This document shows positions 48,392-59,350 of a DNA stretch of 64,000 bases, one piece after another. Source of the stretch: Escherichia coli (GTDB taxonomy: Bacteria > Pseudomonadota > Gammaproteobacteria > Enterobacterales > Enterobacteriaceae); NCBI RefSeq assembly GCF_048403405.1, contig NZ_CP183129.1; one strand, 5' to 3'. The position numbers were made by a program, and so were the translations under genes. The notes under the pieces were generated by a model that was not told where the DNA came from, did not search any database, and worked only from the letters and a program-made list of their open reading frames with translations. The number at the start of each line of letters is the position of its first letter. Position 1 is the first letter of the stretch.

Positions 48392-49155
48392 ATACTGCTC
48401 GTCTGAACCAGGGCACACCATTGTTGCTCAATGCAGTAAGCAAACATTACGCGGAAAATATCGTCCTGAACCAACTGGATTTACATATTCCGGCTGGTCA
48501 GTTTGTGGCGGTGGTGGGCCGCAGCGGTGGTGGCAAAAGTACCCTGCTGCGCCTGCTGGCAGGTCTGGAAACGCCAACCGCTGGCGATGTGTTAGCGGGC
48601 ACCACACCGCTGGCTGAAATTCAGGAAGACACGCGAATGATGTTTCAGGATGCGCGTCTGCTGCCGTGGAAATCGGTGATTGATAACGTTGGGTTAGGCC
48701 TTAAAGGCCAGTGGCGCGATGCCGCGCGTCGGGCGTTGGCTGCAGTAGGACTGGAGAATCGCGCAGGGGAATGGCCTGCCGCACTTTCAGGCGGGCAGAA
48801 ACAGCGAGTGGCGCTGGCAAGAGCGTTGATTCATCGACCGGGTTTATTGTTGCTTGATGAACCGCTCGGGGCGCTGGACGCCCTGACGCGACTCGAGATG
48901 CAGGATTTGATTGTGTCACTTTGGCAGGAGCACGGCTTTACCGTACTGTTGGTGACGCATGATGTTAGCGAAGCGGTGGCAATGGCTGACCGGGTGTTGT
49001 TAATTGAAGAGGGAAAAATTGGTCTGGATTTGACGGTGGATATCCCCCGTCCGCGCCGGTTAGGGTCGGTGCGATTAGCGGAGCTGGAAGCGGAAGTGTT
49101 GCAACGGGTGATGCAGCGTGGTGAATCTGAAACTCGCCTGAGAAAACAGGGGTAA
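48388..49155 (+). CDS. ssuB: Aliphatic sulfonate ABC transporter ATP-binding protein SsuB
   Basis: 255 aa with Walker [13 protein letters not shown] signature LSGGQKQRV and Walker B LLLDEP. Confidence 0.95.
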
Positions 49156-49159
49156 ATTC

Positions 49160-49198
49160 CCGAATGGCGGCGCTATTGCCGCCATTCGGTTATTTTTT
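49160..49198. terminator. Rho-independent terminator after ssuB (between convergent ssuB and pepN)
   Basis: ccgaatggcggc-gctatt-gccgccattcgg hairpin followed by ttatttttt; the pepN stop overlaps its 3' edge. Confidence 0.75.
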
Positions 49199-51809
49199 AA
49201 GCCAGTGCTTTAGTTATCTTCTCGTACAGATCGCCAGAGAGATTTTCCAGCCCTTTCAACTGTTCCAGCGCCGCGCGCATTTTCTCCTGACGTTTGGCAT
49301 CATAACGTTTCAGGCGAATCAGCGGCTCAATCAGGCGCGAAGCCACCTGCGGGTTACGGCTGTTGAGGTCGGTAAGCATTTCCACCAGGAACTGGTAACC
49401 GCTGCCATCTTCAGCATGGAACGCTGCCGGGTTGCTGCCCGCAAACGCGCCAATCAACGAACGAATACGGTTCGGGTTGCTCATGGTAAATGAGCGATGC
49501 TGCAACAGGCCACGCACCGTCTCCAGCACATTCGCCGCCGGGCTGGTGGCTTGCAGGATAAACCATTTATCCATCACCAGACCATCCTGATGCCACTTGT
49601 CGTCGTATTCCTGCATCAGCGCGTCACGGCAAGGCAGCTGTGCAGCAACCGCCGCAGAAAGCGCTGCCAGCGCATCGGTCATATTGTTTGCTTCATGGTA
49701 TTGCTTGCTCACCAGCACGTCAGCCAGATGCGTTTCACCAAAAGCAAGGAAGCGCAGGCAGGCATTACGCAGAGTGCGTTTTGCAATATCTTCATGCTCA
49801 ACACGGTACTCGCTCTGGTAATTCGCGTTGTAAATAGCCAGTAGCTCATCCGCCAGTTCAGTCGCCAGAGTACGAGTGAGTGCTTCGCGTACTTCAGCAA
49901 TAGCAATCGGGTCGATGATATCGAACAGTTCTGCCATTTCATTGACGGAAGGCAGCGTCAGGATTTCTGCCGCCAGTGCCGGATCAATCTTCTCATCAAG
50001 CAGTACCGCGCGGAAAGCATCAGCCACATGCACCGGCAGAGACAGCGGCTGCCCTTGCTGATGACGGGCGACGTTGAGCTTGATGTAGGTTGCCAGCAGG
50101 CTTTGCGCCGCATCCCAGCGGGAGAAATCATTACGCGCATGACGCATCAGGAAGGTCAGTTGCTGATCGCTCCACTTATATTCCAGTTTCACTGGCGCAG
50201 AGAATTCGCACAGCAGCGCAGGCACCGGCTGAAAGTAGACATTATCAAAGACAAAGGTCTGTTCCGCCTGGGTGACGTTCAGCACCGAATTCACCGGATG
50301 ACCGCCTTTCTGCAACGGGATCACTTTGCCTTCGTTGTCATACAGTTCGATGGCAAACGGAATATGCAGCGGCTGTTTTTCTGCCTGATCCGGCGTAGCA
50401 GGCGTGCGCTGGCTGATGGTCAGGGTGTACTGCTCGGTTTCCGGATTATAGTCGTCTTTGACGGTCACAACCGGCGTACCGGACTGGCTGTACCAACGGC
50501 GGAAATGAGAGAGATCGACATTCGACGCATCTTCCATCGCCTGAACAAAGTCGTCGCAGGTTGCCGCGCTGCCATCATGGCGCTCGAAATAGAGCTGCAT
50601 CCCTTTCTGGAAGTTTTCTTCGCCCAGCAGGGTGTGGATCATGCGAATCACTTCCGCGCCCTTCTCGTAAACGGTCAGGGTGTAGAAGTTGTTCATCTCA
50701 ATGACCATATCCGGGCGGATCGGGTGCGCCATCGGGCTGGCGTCTTCCGCAAACTGCAATCCGCGCATGGTGCGCACGTTGTTGATACGGTTTACCGCGC
50801 GAGAACCAAGGTCAGAGCTGAATTCCTGATCGCGGAAGACGGTTAAACCTTCTTTCAGGCTGAGCTGGAACCAGTCGCGGCAGGTCACACGGTTACCGGT
50901 CCAGTTGTGGAAATATTCGTGACCAATAACACGCTCAATATCGAGGTAATCTTTATCGGTGGCGGTGTCGGTACGGGCCAGCACATATTTGGAGTTAAAG
51001 ATATTCAGACCTTTATTCTCCATTGCGCCCATATTGAAGAAGTCCACCGCGACGATCATATAGATGTCGAGGTCATACTCCAGGCCGAAGCGTTCTTCAT
51101 CCCATTTCATGGAGTTTTTCAGCGAGGTCATCGCCCACGGCGCGCGGTCGAGGTTGCCGCGATCGACGTACAGCTCCAGCGCCACTTCGCGACCAGAACG
51201 CGTGGTGAAGGTGTCGCGCAGCACGTCGAAGTCGCCTGCAACCAGCGCAAACAGGTAGCACGGTTTAGGGAACGGGTCCTGCCACTGTACCCAGTGACGT
51301 CCGTTTTCCAGTTCGCCTTGCGCAACGCGGTTACCGTTGGAAAGCAGGAAGGGATATTTGGTTTTATCGGCAATAATTTTGGTGGTAAAACGCGCCAGTA
51401 CGTCCGGGCGGTCAAGATAATACGTAATATGGCGGAAACCTTCGGCTTCACACTGAGTGCAAAGCGCATCGCCTGACTGATAAAGCCCTTCCAGCGCGGT
51501 ATTCGTCGCCGGGCTAATTTTATTAACGATCTTAAGCGTAAAACGCTCCGGCAAATTACTGATGACCAGTGCGCCCTCTTCTTCTTTCCAGGCGGTCCAA
51601 GGCTCATCATTAATATGAACAGAAACCAGTTTAAGATCTTCGCCATCAAGACGAAGCGGAGCATCTGATGCACCATGACGGACAGCCTGGCTGACCGCGG
51701 TAACGACCGTCTTTTGCGCGTCCAGGTCAAAGGTCAAGTCAATATCAGTAATCTGGTAATCCGGCGCACGATAATCGTGACGGTATTTGGCTTGTGGCTG
51801 TTGAGTCAT
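49197..51809 (-). CDS. pepN: Aminopeptidase N
   Basis: 870 aa, MTQQPQAKYRHDYRAPDYQITDIDLTFDLDAQKT...; zinc motif HEYFHNWTGNRVT...E and GAMEN exopeptidase motif. Confidence 0.96.
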   Translation of the reverse strand: MTQQPQAKYRHDYRAPDYQITDIDLTFDLDAQKTVVTAVSQAVRHGASDAPLRLDGEDLKLVSVHINDEPWTAWKEEEGALVISNLPERFTLKIVNKISPATNTALEGLYQSGDALCTQCEAEGFRHITYYLDRPDVLARFTTKIIADKTKYPFLLSNGNRVAQGELENGRHWVQWQDPFPKPCYLFALVAGDFDVLRDTFTTRSGREVALELYVDRGNLDRAPWAMTSLKNSMKWDEERFGLEYDLDIYMIVAVDFFNMGAMENKGLNIFNSKYVLARTDTATDKDYLDIERVIGHEYFHNWTGNRVTCRDWFQLSLKEGLTVFRDQEFSSDLGSRAVNRINNVRTMRGLQFAEDASPMAHPIRPDMVIEMNNFYTLTVYEKGAEVIRMIHTLLGEENFQKGMQLYFERHDGSAATCDDFVQAMEDASNVDLSHFRRWYSQSGTPVVTVKDDYNPETEQYTLTISQRTPATPDQAEKQPLHIPFAIELYDNEGKVIPLQKGGHPVNSVLNVTQAEQTFVFDNVYFQPVPALLCEFSAPVKLEYKWSDQQLTFLMRHARNDFSRWDAAQSLLATYIKLNVARHQQGQPLSLPVHVADAFRAVLLDEKIDPALAAEILTLPSVNEMAELFDIIDPIAIAEVREALTRTLATELADELLAIYNANYQSEYRVEHEDIAKRTLRNACLRFLAFGETHLADVLVSKQYHEANNMTDALAALSAAVAAQLPCRDALMQEYDDKWHQDGLVMDKWFILQATSPAANVLETVRGLLQHRSFTMSNPNRIRSLIGAFAGSNPAAFHAEDGSGYQFLVEMLTDLNSRNPQVASRLIEPLIRLKRYDAKRQEKMRAALEQLKGLENLSGDLYEKITKALA

Positions 51810-52074
51810 AAATAACCTTTAGCATCTTTTATAGAGTCTGGTGTTCAGTCTATTCCTGTTGCGTAAATCGCGCTATGCAGAATCTTCATCTTTTCAGGTA
51901 CAAACGCCTTTATTGCTACATTTTTATAACATACACCGCGTAATGCCATCGACCAGAAAGGTGGCATATGGTGTGATCGGGGTTCAATAAATTGCGAAAC
52001 AAGGTATACTCCAGCAGTTCCTGAAGATGTTTATTGTACTAAACGCTCCTGTACGAGGACGCTACTGCGCACCT

Positions 52075-53277
52075 ATGACACAATTCGCTTCTCCTGTTCT
52101 GCACTCGTTGCTGGATACAGATGCTTATAAGTTGCATATGCAGCAAGCCGTGTTTCATCACTATTACGATGTGCATGTCGCGGCGGAGTTTCGTTGCCGA
52201 GGTGACGATCTGCTGGGTATTTATGCCGATGCTATTCGTGAACAGGTTCAGGCGATGCAGCACCTGCGCCTGCAGGATGATGAATATCAATGGCTCTCAG
52301 CCCTGCCTTTCTTTAAGGCCGACTATCTTAACTGGCTACGCGAGTTCCGCTTTAACCCGGAACAAGTCACCGTGTCCAACGATAATGGCAAGCTGGATAT
52401 TCGTTTAAGCGGCCCGTGGCGTGAAGTCATCCTCTGGGAAGTTCCTTTGCTGGCGGTTATCAGTGAAATGGTACATCGCTATCGCTCACCGCAGGCCGAC
52501 GTTGCGCAAGCCCTCGACACGCTGGAAAGCAAATTAGCCGACTTCTCGGCATTAACCGCCGGTCTTGATATGTCGCGCTTCCATCTGATGGATTTTGGCA
52601 CCCGCCGACGTTTTTCTCGTGAAGTACAAGAAACCATCGTGAAACGTCTGCAACAGGAATCCTGGTTCGTGGGCACCAGCAACTACGATCTGGCGCGTCG
52701 GCTTTCCCTCACGCCGATGGGAACACAGGCACACGAATGGTTCCAGGCGCATCAGCAAATCAGCCCGGATCTAGCCAACAGCCAGCGAGCTGCACTTGCT
52801 GCCTGGCTGGAAGAATATCCCGACCAACTTGGCATTGCATTAACCGACTGCATCACTATGGATGCTTTCCTGCGTGATTTCGGTGTCGAGTTCGCCAGTC
52901 GCTATCAGGGCCTGCGTCATGACTCCGGCGACCCGGTTGAATGGGGTGAAAAAGCCATTGCACATTATGAGAAGCTGGGAATTGATCCACAGAGTAAAAC
53001 GCTGGTTTTCTCTGACAATCTGGATTTACGCAAAGCGGTTGAGCTATACCGCCACTTCTCTTCCCGCGTGCAATTAAGTTTTGGTATTGGGACTCGCCTG
53101 ACCTGCGATATCCCCCAGGTAAAACCCCTGAATATTGTCATTAAGTTGGTAGAGTGTAACGGTAAACCAGTGGCGAAACTTTCTGACAGCCCTGGCAAAA
53201 CTATCTGCCACGATAAAGCGTTTGTTCGGGCGCTGCGCAAAGCATTCGACCTTCCGCATATTAAAAAAGCCAGTTAA
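52075..53277 (+). CDS. pncB: Nicotinate phosphoribosyltransferase
   Basis: ORF 52027..53277; the ATG at 52075 gives [34 protein letters not shown]... (400 aa). Confidence 0.95.
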   Translation: MTQFASPVLHSLLDTDAYKLHMQQAVFHHYYDVHVAAEFRCRGDDLLGIYADAIREQVQAMQHLRLQDDEYQWLSALPFFKADYLNWLREFRFNPEQVTVSNDNGKLDIRLSGPWREVILWEVPLLAVISEMVHRYRSPQADVAQALDTLESKLADFSALTAGLDMSRFHLMDFGTRRRFSREVQETIVKRLQQESWFVGTSNYDLARRLSLTPMGTQAHEWFQAHQQISPDLANSQRAALAAWLEEYPDQLGIALTDCITMDAFLRDFGVEFASRYQGLRHDSGDPVEWGEKAIAHYEKLGIDPQSKTLVFSDNLDLRKAVELYRHFSSRVQLSFGIGTRLTCDIPQVKPLNIVIKLVECNGKPVAKLSDSPGKTICHDKAFVRALRKAFDLPHIKKAS

Positions 53278-53285
53278 TATCATCA

Positions 53286-53310
53286 GGGAGCTAATCGGCT
53301 CCCTTTTTTT
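53286..53310 (+). terminator. pncB Rho-independent terminator
   Basis: agggagc-taatc-ggctccc followed by ttttttt. Confidence 0.75.
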
Positions 53311-53445
53311 ACCTTTAATTCCGAAATCTTTCGCTGCATTTGCGAATTCTGCTTGTCTGATTGCAGATGCCAGGTAACATAGGTATCCCCCCATTTACGG
53401 GTGGACAAGTGTTTATTTTTTCCGACTATTAACAGAGAGAATATT

Positions 53446-54846
53446 ATGAGCGTTGTGCCTGTAGCCGACGTACTCCAGGGCCGCGTAGCCGTTGACAGCG
53501 AAGTCACCGTGCGCGGATGGGTACGTACCCGCCGAGATTCAAAAGCTGGCATCTCCTTCCTCGCCGTTTATGACGGTTCCTGCTTTGATCCTGTACAGGC
53601 TGTCATCAATAATTCTCTGCCCAATTACAATGAAGACGTCCTGCGTCTGACCACCGGTTGCTCGGTCATTGTGACGGGTAAAGTCGTGGCATCGCCGGGC
53701 CAGGGGCAACAATTTGAAATTCAGGCCAGCAAGGTTGAAGTTGCTGGTTGGGTTGAAGATCCAGACACTTACCCGATGGCGGCAAAACGCCACAGCATTG
53801 AGTATCTGCGTGAAGTCGCTCACCTGCGTCCGCGCACAAACCTGATTGGTGCCGTCGCGCGCGTTCGCCATACGCTGGCGCAGGCGCTGCATCGCTTCTT
53901 TAACGAGCAGGGATTCTTCTGGGTTTCAACGCCACTGATTACTGCGTCTGATACCGAAGGGGCTGGCGAAATGTTCCGCGTTTCTACGCTGGATCTGGAA
54001 AACCTGCCGCGTAACGATCAGGGCAAAGTGGATTTCGACAAAGACTTCTTTGGTAAAGAGTCTTTCCTGACCGTATCTGGCCAGTTGAACGGCGAAACCT
54101 ACGCTTGCGCATTGTCCAAAATTTATACCTTCGGCCCGACTTTCCGTGCTGAAAACTCCAACACCAGCCGTCACCTGGCGGAATTCTGGATGCTGGAGCC
54201 GGAAGTGGCGTTTGCTAACCTGAACGATATCGCGGGTCTGGCTGAAGCCATGCTGAAATATGTCTTCAAAGCGGTTCTCGAAGAACGCGCTGACGACATG
54301 AAATTCTTCGCTGAACGCGTAGATAAAGATGCCGTTTCACGTCTGGAACGCTTCATTGAAGCCGATTTTGCGCAGGTGGATTACACCGACGCAGTGACCA
54401 TTCTCGAAAACTGCGGCAGGAAGTTTGAAAACCCGGTTTACTGGGGCGTTGATCTCTCTTCTGAGCATGAGCGTTATCTGGCGGAAGAACACTTTAAAGC
54501 ACCGGTAGTGGTTAAAAACTATCCGAAAGATATTAAAGCGTTCTATATGCGCCTTAACGAAGACGGTAAAACCGTTGCGGCTATGGACGTTCTGGCTCCG
54601 GGCATCGGTGAGATCATTGGTGGCTCCCAGCGTGAAGAGCGTCTGGACGTGCTGGACGAGCGTATGCTGGAAATGGGCCTGAACAAAGAAGATTACTGGT
54701 GGTATCGCGATCTGCGTCGCTACGGTACTGTTCCGCATTCCGGTTTCGGTCTTGGTTTTGAACGCCTGATTGCTTACGTAACTGGCGTGCAAAACGTGCG
54801 TGATGTGATTCCGTTCCCACGTACTCCGCGTAACGCCAGCTTCTAA
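53446..54846 (+). CDS. asnS: Asparaginyl-tRNA synthetase
   Basis: ORF 53401..54846; the ATG at 53446 gives [45 protein letters not shown]... (466 aa), class II aaRS. Confidence 0.96.
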
Positions 54847-54860
54847 TTTAGCGTCTTCAA

Positions 54861-54887
54861 GAGCCAGCGCCCGCTGGCTCTTTTTTT
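54861..54887 (+). terminator. asnS Rho-independent terminator
   Basis: gagccagcg-cc-cgctggctc followed by ttttttt. Confidence 0.8.
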
Positions 54888-55237
54888 ATCCTTTCTGTCA
54901 AGTTATCTGTTTGTTAAGTCAAGCAATCTATTTGCAACCCCACCATAACGATCATCCTGTTACGGAATATTACACTGCAACATTTGCGCACAAAAAATAA
55001 TCCGCATTCTTATTGCGGATTAGTTTTTTCTTAGCTGATAGCACAATTTTCATACTATTTTTTGGCGTTCTGGATGTCTGAACGAGGATTTAGTGCCAGG
55101 TCGATAAAGTTTCCATCAGAAACAAAATTTCCGTTTAGTTAATTTAAATATAAGGAAATCATATAAATAGATAAATATTGCTGTAAATATCATCACGCTT
55201 CTATGGAAATATGACGGTGTTCACAAAGTTCCTTAAA

Positions 55238-55448
55238 TTTTACTTTTTGTTACATATTTTTTCTTTTTGAAACCAAATCTTTATCTTTGTAGCACTTTCA
55301 CGGTAGCGAAACGTTAGTTTGAATGGAAAGATGCCTGCAGACACATAAAGACACCAAACTCTCATCAATAGTTCCGTAAATTTTTATTGACAGAACTTAT
55401 TGACGGCAGTGGCAGGTGTCATAAAAAAAACCATGAGGGTAATAAATA
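55238..55448 (+). promoter_or_regulatory. ompF promoter region: tandem OmpR-binding sites, core promoter and ~110-nt leader containing the MicF target/RBS
   Basis: tttactttttgttacatattttttctttttgaaaccaaatctttatctttgtagcactttcacgg resembles the phased OmpR boxes; followed by ttgacagaacttattgacgg and the leader ending ...ccatgagggtaataaataATG. Confidence 0.7.
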
Positions 55449-56522
55449 ATGATGAAGCGCAATATTCTGGCAGTGATCGTCCCTGCTCTGTTAGTAGCAG
55501 GTACTGCAAACGCTGCAGAAATCTATAACAAAGATGGCAACAAAGTAGATCTGTACGGTAAAGCTGTCGGTCTGCATTATTTTTCTAAAGACAATGGTGT
55601 AAACAGTTACGGCGGAAACGGCGACAAAACTTATGCCCGTCTTGGTTTTAAAGGGGAAACACAAATCAATTCCGATCTGACCGGCTACGGTCAGTGGGAA
55701 TATAACTTCCAGGGTAACAACTCTGAAGGCGCTGATGCCCAGAAAGGTAACAAAACTCGTCTGGCATTCGCAGGTCTGAAATTCGCTGATGCGGGTTCTA
55801 TCGACTACGGTCGTAACTACGGTGTGGTTTACGACGCACTGGGTTACACCGATATGCTGCCTGAGTTTGGCGGTGACACGGCATACAGCGATGACTTCTT
55901 CGTTGGTCGTGTAGGCGGCGTTGCTACCTATCGTAACTCCAACTTCTTCGGTCTGGTTGACGGCCTGAACTTTGCCGTTCAGTACCTGGGCAAAAACGAA
56001 CGTGCTGGTATTCCTGAGCGTTCCAACGGCGACGGCGTCGGTGGCTCTATCAGCTACGAATTCGAAGGCTTTGGTATCGTAGGTGCTTACGGTGCAGCAG
56101 ACCGTACCGACGCCCAGGAAGCCGAATTCCGCGGTCAGGGTAAAAAAGCTGAACAGTGGGCAACTGGTCTGAAGTATGACGCGAACAACATCTACCTGGC
56201 AGCGAACTACGGTGAAACCCGTAACGCTACGCCAATTGAAGGCGGCTTCGCCAACAAAACGCAAGACGTTCTGTTAGTTGCGCAATACCAGTTCGATTTC
56301 GGTCTGCGTCCGTCCATCGCTTACACCAAATCTAAAGCGAAAGACGTAGAAGGTATCGGTGATGTTGATCTGGTGAACTACTTTGAAGTGGGCGCAACCT
56401 ACTACTTCAACAAAAACATGTCCACCTATGTTGACTACATCATCAACCAGATCGATTCTGACAACAAACTGGGCGTAGGTTCTGACGACACCGTTGCTGT
56501 GGGTATCGTTTACCAGTTCTAA
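55449..56522 (+). CDS. ompF: Outer membrane porin OmpF (357 aa allele with variant loop sequences)
   Basis: [47 protein letters not shown]...; C-terminal ...VAVGIVYQF with terminal Phe typical of general porins. Confidence 0.95.
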   Translation: MMKRNILAVIVPALLVAGTANAAEIYNKDGNKVDLYGKAVGLHYFSKDNGVNSYGGNGDKTYARLGFKGETQINSDLTGYGQWEYNFQGNNSEGADAQKGNKTRLAFAGLKFADAGSIDYGRNYGVVYDALGYTDMLPEFGGDTAYSDDFFVGRVGGVATYRNSNFFGLVDGLNFAVQYLGKNERAGIPERSNGDGVGGSISYEFEGFGIVGAYGAADRTDAQEAEFRGQGKKAEQWATGLKYDANNIYLAANYGETRNATPIEGGFANKTQDVLLVAQYQFDFGLRPSIAYTKSKAKDVEGIGDVDLVNYFEVGATYYFNKNMSTYVDYIINQIDSDNKLGVGSDDTVAVGIVYQF

Positions 56523-56549
56523 TAGCACACCTCTTTGTTAAATGCCGAA

Positions 56550-56578
56550 AAAACAGGACTTTGGTCCTGTTTTTTTTA
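56550..56578 (+). terminator. ompF Rho-independent terminator
   Basis: aaaaacaggac-tttg-gtcctgtttttttt. Confidence 0.8.
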
Positions 56579-56706
56579 TGCCTTCCAGAGCAATCTCACG
56601 TCTTGCAAAAACAGCCTGCGTTTTCATCAGTAATAGTTGGAATTTTGTAAATCTCCCGTTACCCTGATAGCGGACTTCCCTTCTGTAACCATAATGGAAC
56701 CTCGTC

Positions 56707-57897
56707 ATGTTTGAGAACATTACCGCCGCTCCTGCCGACCCGATTCTGGGCCTGGCCGATCTGTTTCGTGCCGATGAACGTCCCGGCAAAATTAACCTCG
56801 GGATTGGTGTCTATAAAGATGAGACGGGCAAAACCCCGGTACTGACCAGCGTGAAAAAGGCTGAACAGTATCTGCTCGAAAATGAAACCACCAAAAATTA
56901 CCTCGGCATTGACGGCATCCCTGAATTTGGTCGCTGCACTCAGGAACTGCTGTTTGGTAAAGGTAGCGCCCTGATCAATGACAAACGTGCTCGCACGGCA
57001 CAGACTCCGGGTGGCACTGGCGCACTACGCGTGGCTGCCGATTTCCTGGCAAAAAATACCAGCGTTAAGCGTGTGTGGGTGAGCAACCCAAGCTGGCCGA
57101 ACCATAAGAGCGTCTTTAACTCTGCAGGTCTGGAAGTTCGTGAATACGCTTATTATGATGCGGAAAATCACACCCTTGACTTCGATGCACTGATTAACAG
57201 CCTGAACGAAGCTCAGGCTGGCGACGTAGTGCTGTTCCATGGCTGCTGCCATAACCCAACCGGTATCGACCCTACGCTGGAACAGTGGCAGACACTGGCA
57301 CAACTTTCCGTTGAGAAAGGCTGGTTACCGCTGTTTGACTTCGCTTACCAGGGTTTTGCCCGTGGTCTGGAAGAAGATGCTGAAGGACTGCGCGCTTTCG
57401 CGGCTATGCATAAAGAGCTGATTGTTGCCAGTTCCTACTCTAAAAACTTTGGCCTGTACAACGAGCGTGTTGGCGCTTGTACTCTGGTTGCTGCTGACAG
57501 TGAAACCGTTGATCGCGCATTCAGCCAAATGAAAGCGGCGATTCGCGCTAACTACTCTAACCCACCAGCACACGGCGCTTCTGTTGTTGCCACCATCCTG
57601 AGCAACGATGCGTTACGTGCGATTTGGGAACAGGAGCTGACTGATATGCGCCAGCGTATTCAGCGTATGCGTCAGTTGTTCGTCAATACGCTGCAGGAAA
57701 AAGGCGCAAACCGCGACTTCAGCTTTATCATCAAACAGAACGGCATGTTCTCCTTCAGTGGTCTGACAAAAGAACAAGTGCTGCGTCTGCGCGAAGAGTT
57801 TGGCGTGTATGCTGTTGCTTCTGGTCGTGTGAACGTAGCCGGGATGACACCAGATAACATGGCTCCGCTGTGCGAAGCGATTGTGGCAGTGCTGTAA
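56707..57897 (+). CDS. aspC: Aspartate aminotransferase
   Basis: 396 aa, [49 protein letters not shown]...; PLP-lysine context SYSKNFGLY. Confidence 0.97.
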   Translation: MFENITAAPADPILGLADLFRADERPGKINLGIGVYKDETGKTPVLTSVKKAEQYLLENETTKNYLGIDGIPEFGRCTQELLFGKGSALINDKRARTAQTPGGTGALRVAADFLAKNTSVKRVWVSNPSWPNHKSVFNSAGLEVREYAYYDAENHTLDFDALINSLNEAQAGDVVLFHGCCHNPTGIDPTLEQWQTLAQLSVEKGWLPLFDFAYQGFARGLEEDAEGLRAFAAMHKELIVASSYSKNFGLYNERVGACTLVAADSETVDRAFSQMKAAIRANYSNPPAHGASVVATILSNDALRAIWEQELTDMRQRIQRMRQLFVNTLQEKGANRDFSFIIKQNGMFSFSGLTKEQVLRLREEFGVYAVASGRVNVAGMTPDNMAPLCEAIVAVL

Positions 57898-57912
57898 GCG
57901 TTAAACACAATG

Positions 57913-57940
57913 AAGCCCGCTTAAAAAGCGGGCTTTTTTA
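57913..57940. terminator. Rho-independent terminator after aspC (between convergent aspC and ycbL)
   Basis: aagcccgc-ttaaaaa-gcgggctt followed by tttta. Confidence 0.75.
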
Positions 57941-57947
57941 TGCGCCT

Positions 57948-58595
57948 TTACCAGACGGGCATTTCGTCTTGCAGGAAGGGATTATGCAGGCGCTCATAAC
58001 CAAGTGTGGATAATGGTCCGTGACCCGGAATAAATGTCACGTCATCCCCCAGTGGCAGCAACTTATCTTTGATTGAAGAAATCAGTTGATTATGATCGCC
58101 ACGCGGGAAGTCACTGCGCCCTACTCCGCCTTTGAAAATAACGTCGCCAGAAATCAGCAGCTTTGCCCGATCATCAAAAAACACGACATGACCCGGCGTA
58201 TGCCCAGGGCAATGTAACACCTGTAAAGCCACATTCCCTATGCTGATGGTATCGCCTTCGTTCAGCCAACGATCCGGCGTCAGCGGCTGGCACTCTTCCA
58301 GACCAAACATACGACTTTGCGCAGGCAAGCCTTGCAGCCAGAACTCATCTTCTTTTTCCGGGCCAAAAACCGGCACGCCGTAATGTTGCGCCAGTTCCGC
58401 CGCTGCACCAACGTGGTCCAGATGACCATGCGTCAGCAGGATCTGCATCAGTGTCAGGCCGCTGGCGTCAACTTCCTGTTTGATTTTTTCCGCATCGCCG
58501 CCAGGATCGACCAGTGCGGCCAGTCGGGTTTGTTCACACCAGATCAATGAACAGTTCTGGGAGAATGCGGTGACCGGAATAATACGATAGTTCAT
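57948..58595 (-). CDS. ycbL: Metallo-beta-lactamase-fold hydrolase YcbL (glyoxalase II-like)
   Basis: 215 aa, [34 protein letters not shown]...; HxHxDH metal-binding motif ([10 protein letters not shown]). Confidence 0.9.
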   Translation of the reverse strand: MNYRIIPVTAFSQNCSLIWCEQTRLAALVDPGGDAEKIKQEVDASGLTLMQILLTHGHLDHVGAAAELAQHYGVPVFGPEKEDEFWLQGLPAQSRMFGLEECQPLTPDRWLNEGDTISIGNVALQVLHCPGHTPGHVVFFDDRAKLLISGDVIFKGGVGRSDFPRGDHNQLISSIKDKLLPLGDDVTFIPGHGPLSTLGYERLHNPFLQDEMPVW

Positions 58596-58621
58596 ACTGC
58601 CCCTGTTTCGTTAAGCAATTA

Positions 58622-59170
58622 CTACCAGTGCCGTGCTGGCCCGGTATCAATATGCACAAAGTTACTACGTGGGTAATATCCTACACCACCTGCGCGCATA
58701 GATAACGCGGCTTTGCGAATATTGCTTAACGCGATACCTTCAATATGGAAATCCATCGCCTGCCCTTTCGTGTGATAGCTTTTCTTCGCTACTCCACGGC
58801 TGCGGGCGCGTAGTTCATTGTTGGTATCAATGGAACGATAACCGGAAATGAGTTGCACCGGTTTGCGGGTACCTAATAACCCTTGCAGGCGATACAACTG
58901 ATCGAACAATCCTGGGTCGATGGACTTTATTTTGTTCGCGCGGTAATCGCGGAAAAAATGGTTAAGTTTTGCCAATTCTTCCTGAATATAGCCTCTGCCA
59001 TCGAAAAACTCCGCTTTGATTGACTCTCCGGTATGAAGATTATTGAGTGTCAAAATGCGCGGGCGTGGGGTAGAGAGTGTTGCAAACGCAGGGGTCGGCA
59101 GGATGGCGGCACCGAGTGCAACGCCACCAAGCGCCAGCAGTTTGCGGCGATTAGCGTCGAATTTGTCCAT
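58622..59170 (-). CDS. ycbK: Tat-exported peptidoglycan endopeptidase YcbK (MepK; peptidase M15-like)
   Basis: ORF 58622..59179; the ATG at 59170 gives MDKFDANRRKLLALGGVALGAAILPTPAFA (twin-arginine-type signal peptide), 182 aa. Confidence 0.88.
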   Translation of the reverse strand: MDKFDANRRKLLALGGVALGAAILPTPAFATLSTPRPRILTLNNLHTGESIKAEFFDGRGYIQEELAKLNHFFRDYRANKIKSIDPGLFDQLYRLQGLLGTRKPVQLISGYRSIDTNNELRARSRGVAKKSYHTKGQAMDFHIEGIALSNIRKAALSMRAGGVGYYPRSNFVHIDTGPARHW

Positions 59171-59350
59171 GATAATCAAGTCTACAGGTCAATGTTATCG
59201 TTTATATGCACTTCTGGCGCACAAGAGGCACCTTAACCGCCCGTAAAGCAGACGTCAAGATGACTCAACCCCAGCAGTGACGGGGGCTGCAGAGAATCGC
59301 CCCCAATCATGCTAATTATTACGACAACTGATTTCCCCGAACTGCTTCAT

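Noticed and set aside
54888-55237. Long AT-rich non-coding stretch upstream of ompF as a possible insertion or degraded mobile element
   Set aside because: No inverted terminal repeats, transposase fragments or direct repeats; the region reads as the extended ompF regulatory region with OmpR-box-like repeats.
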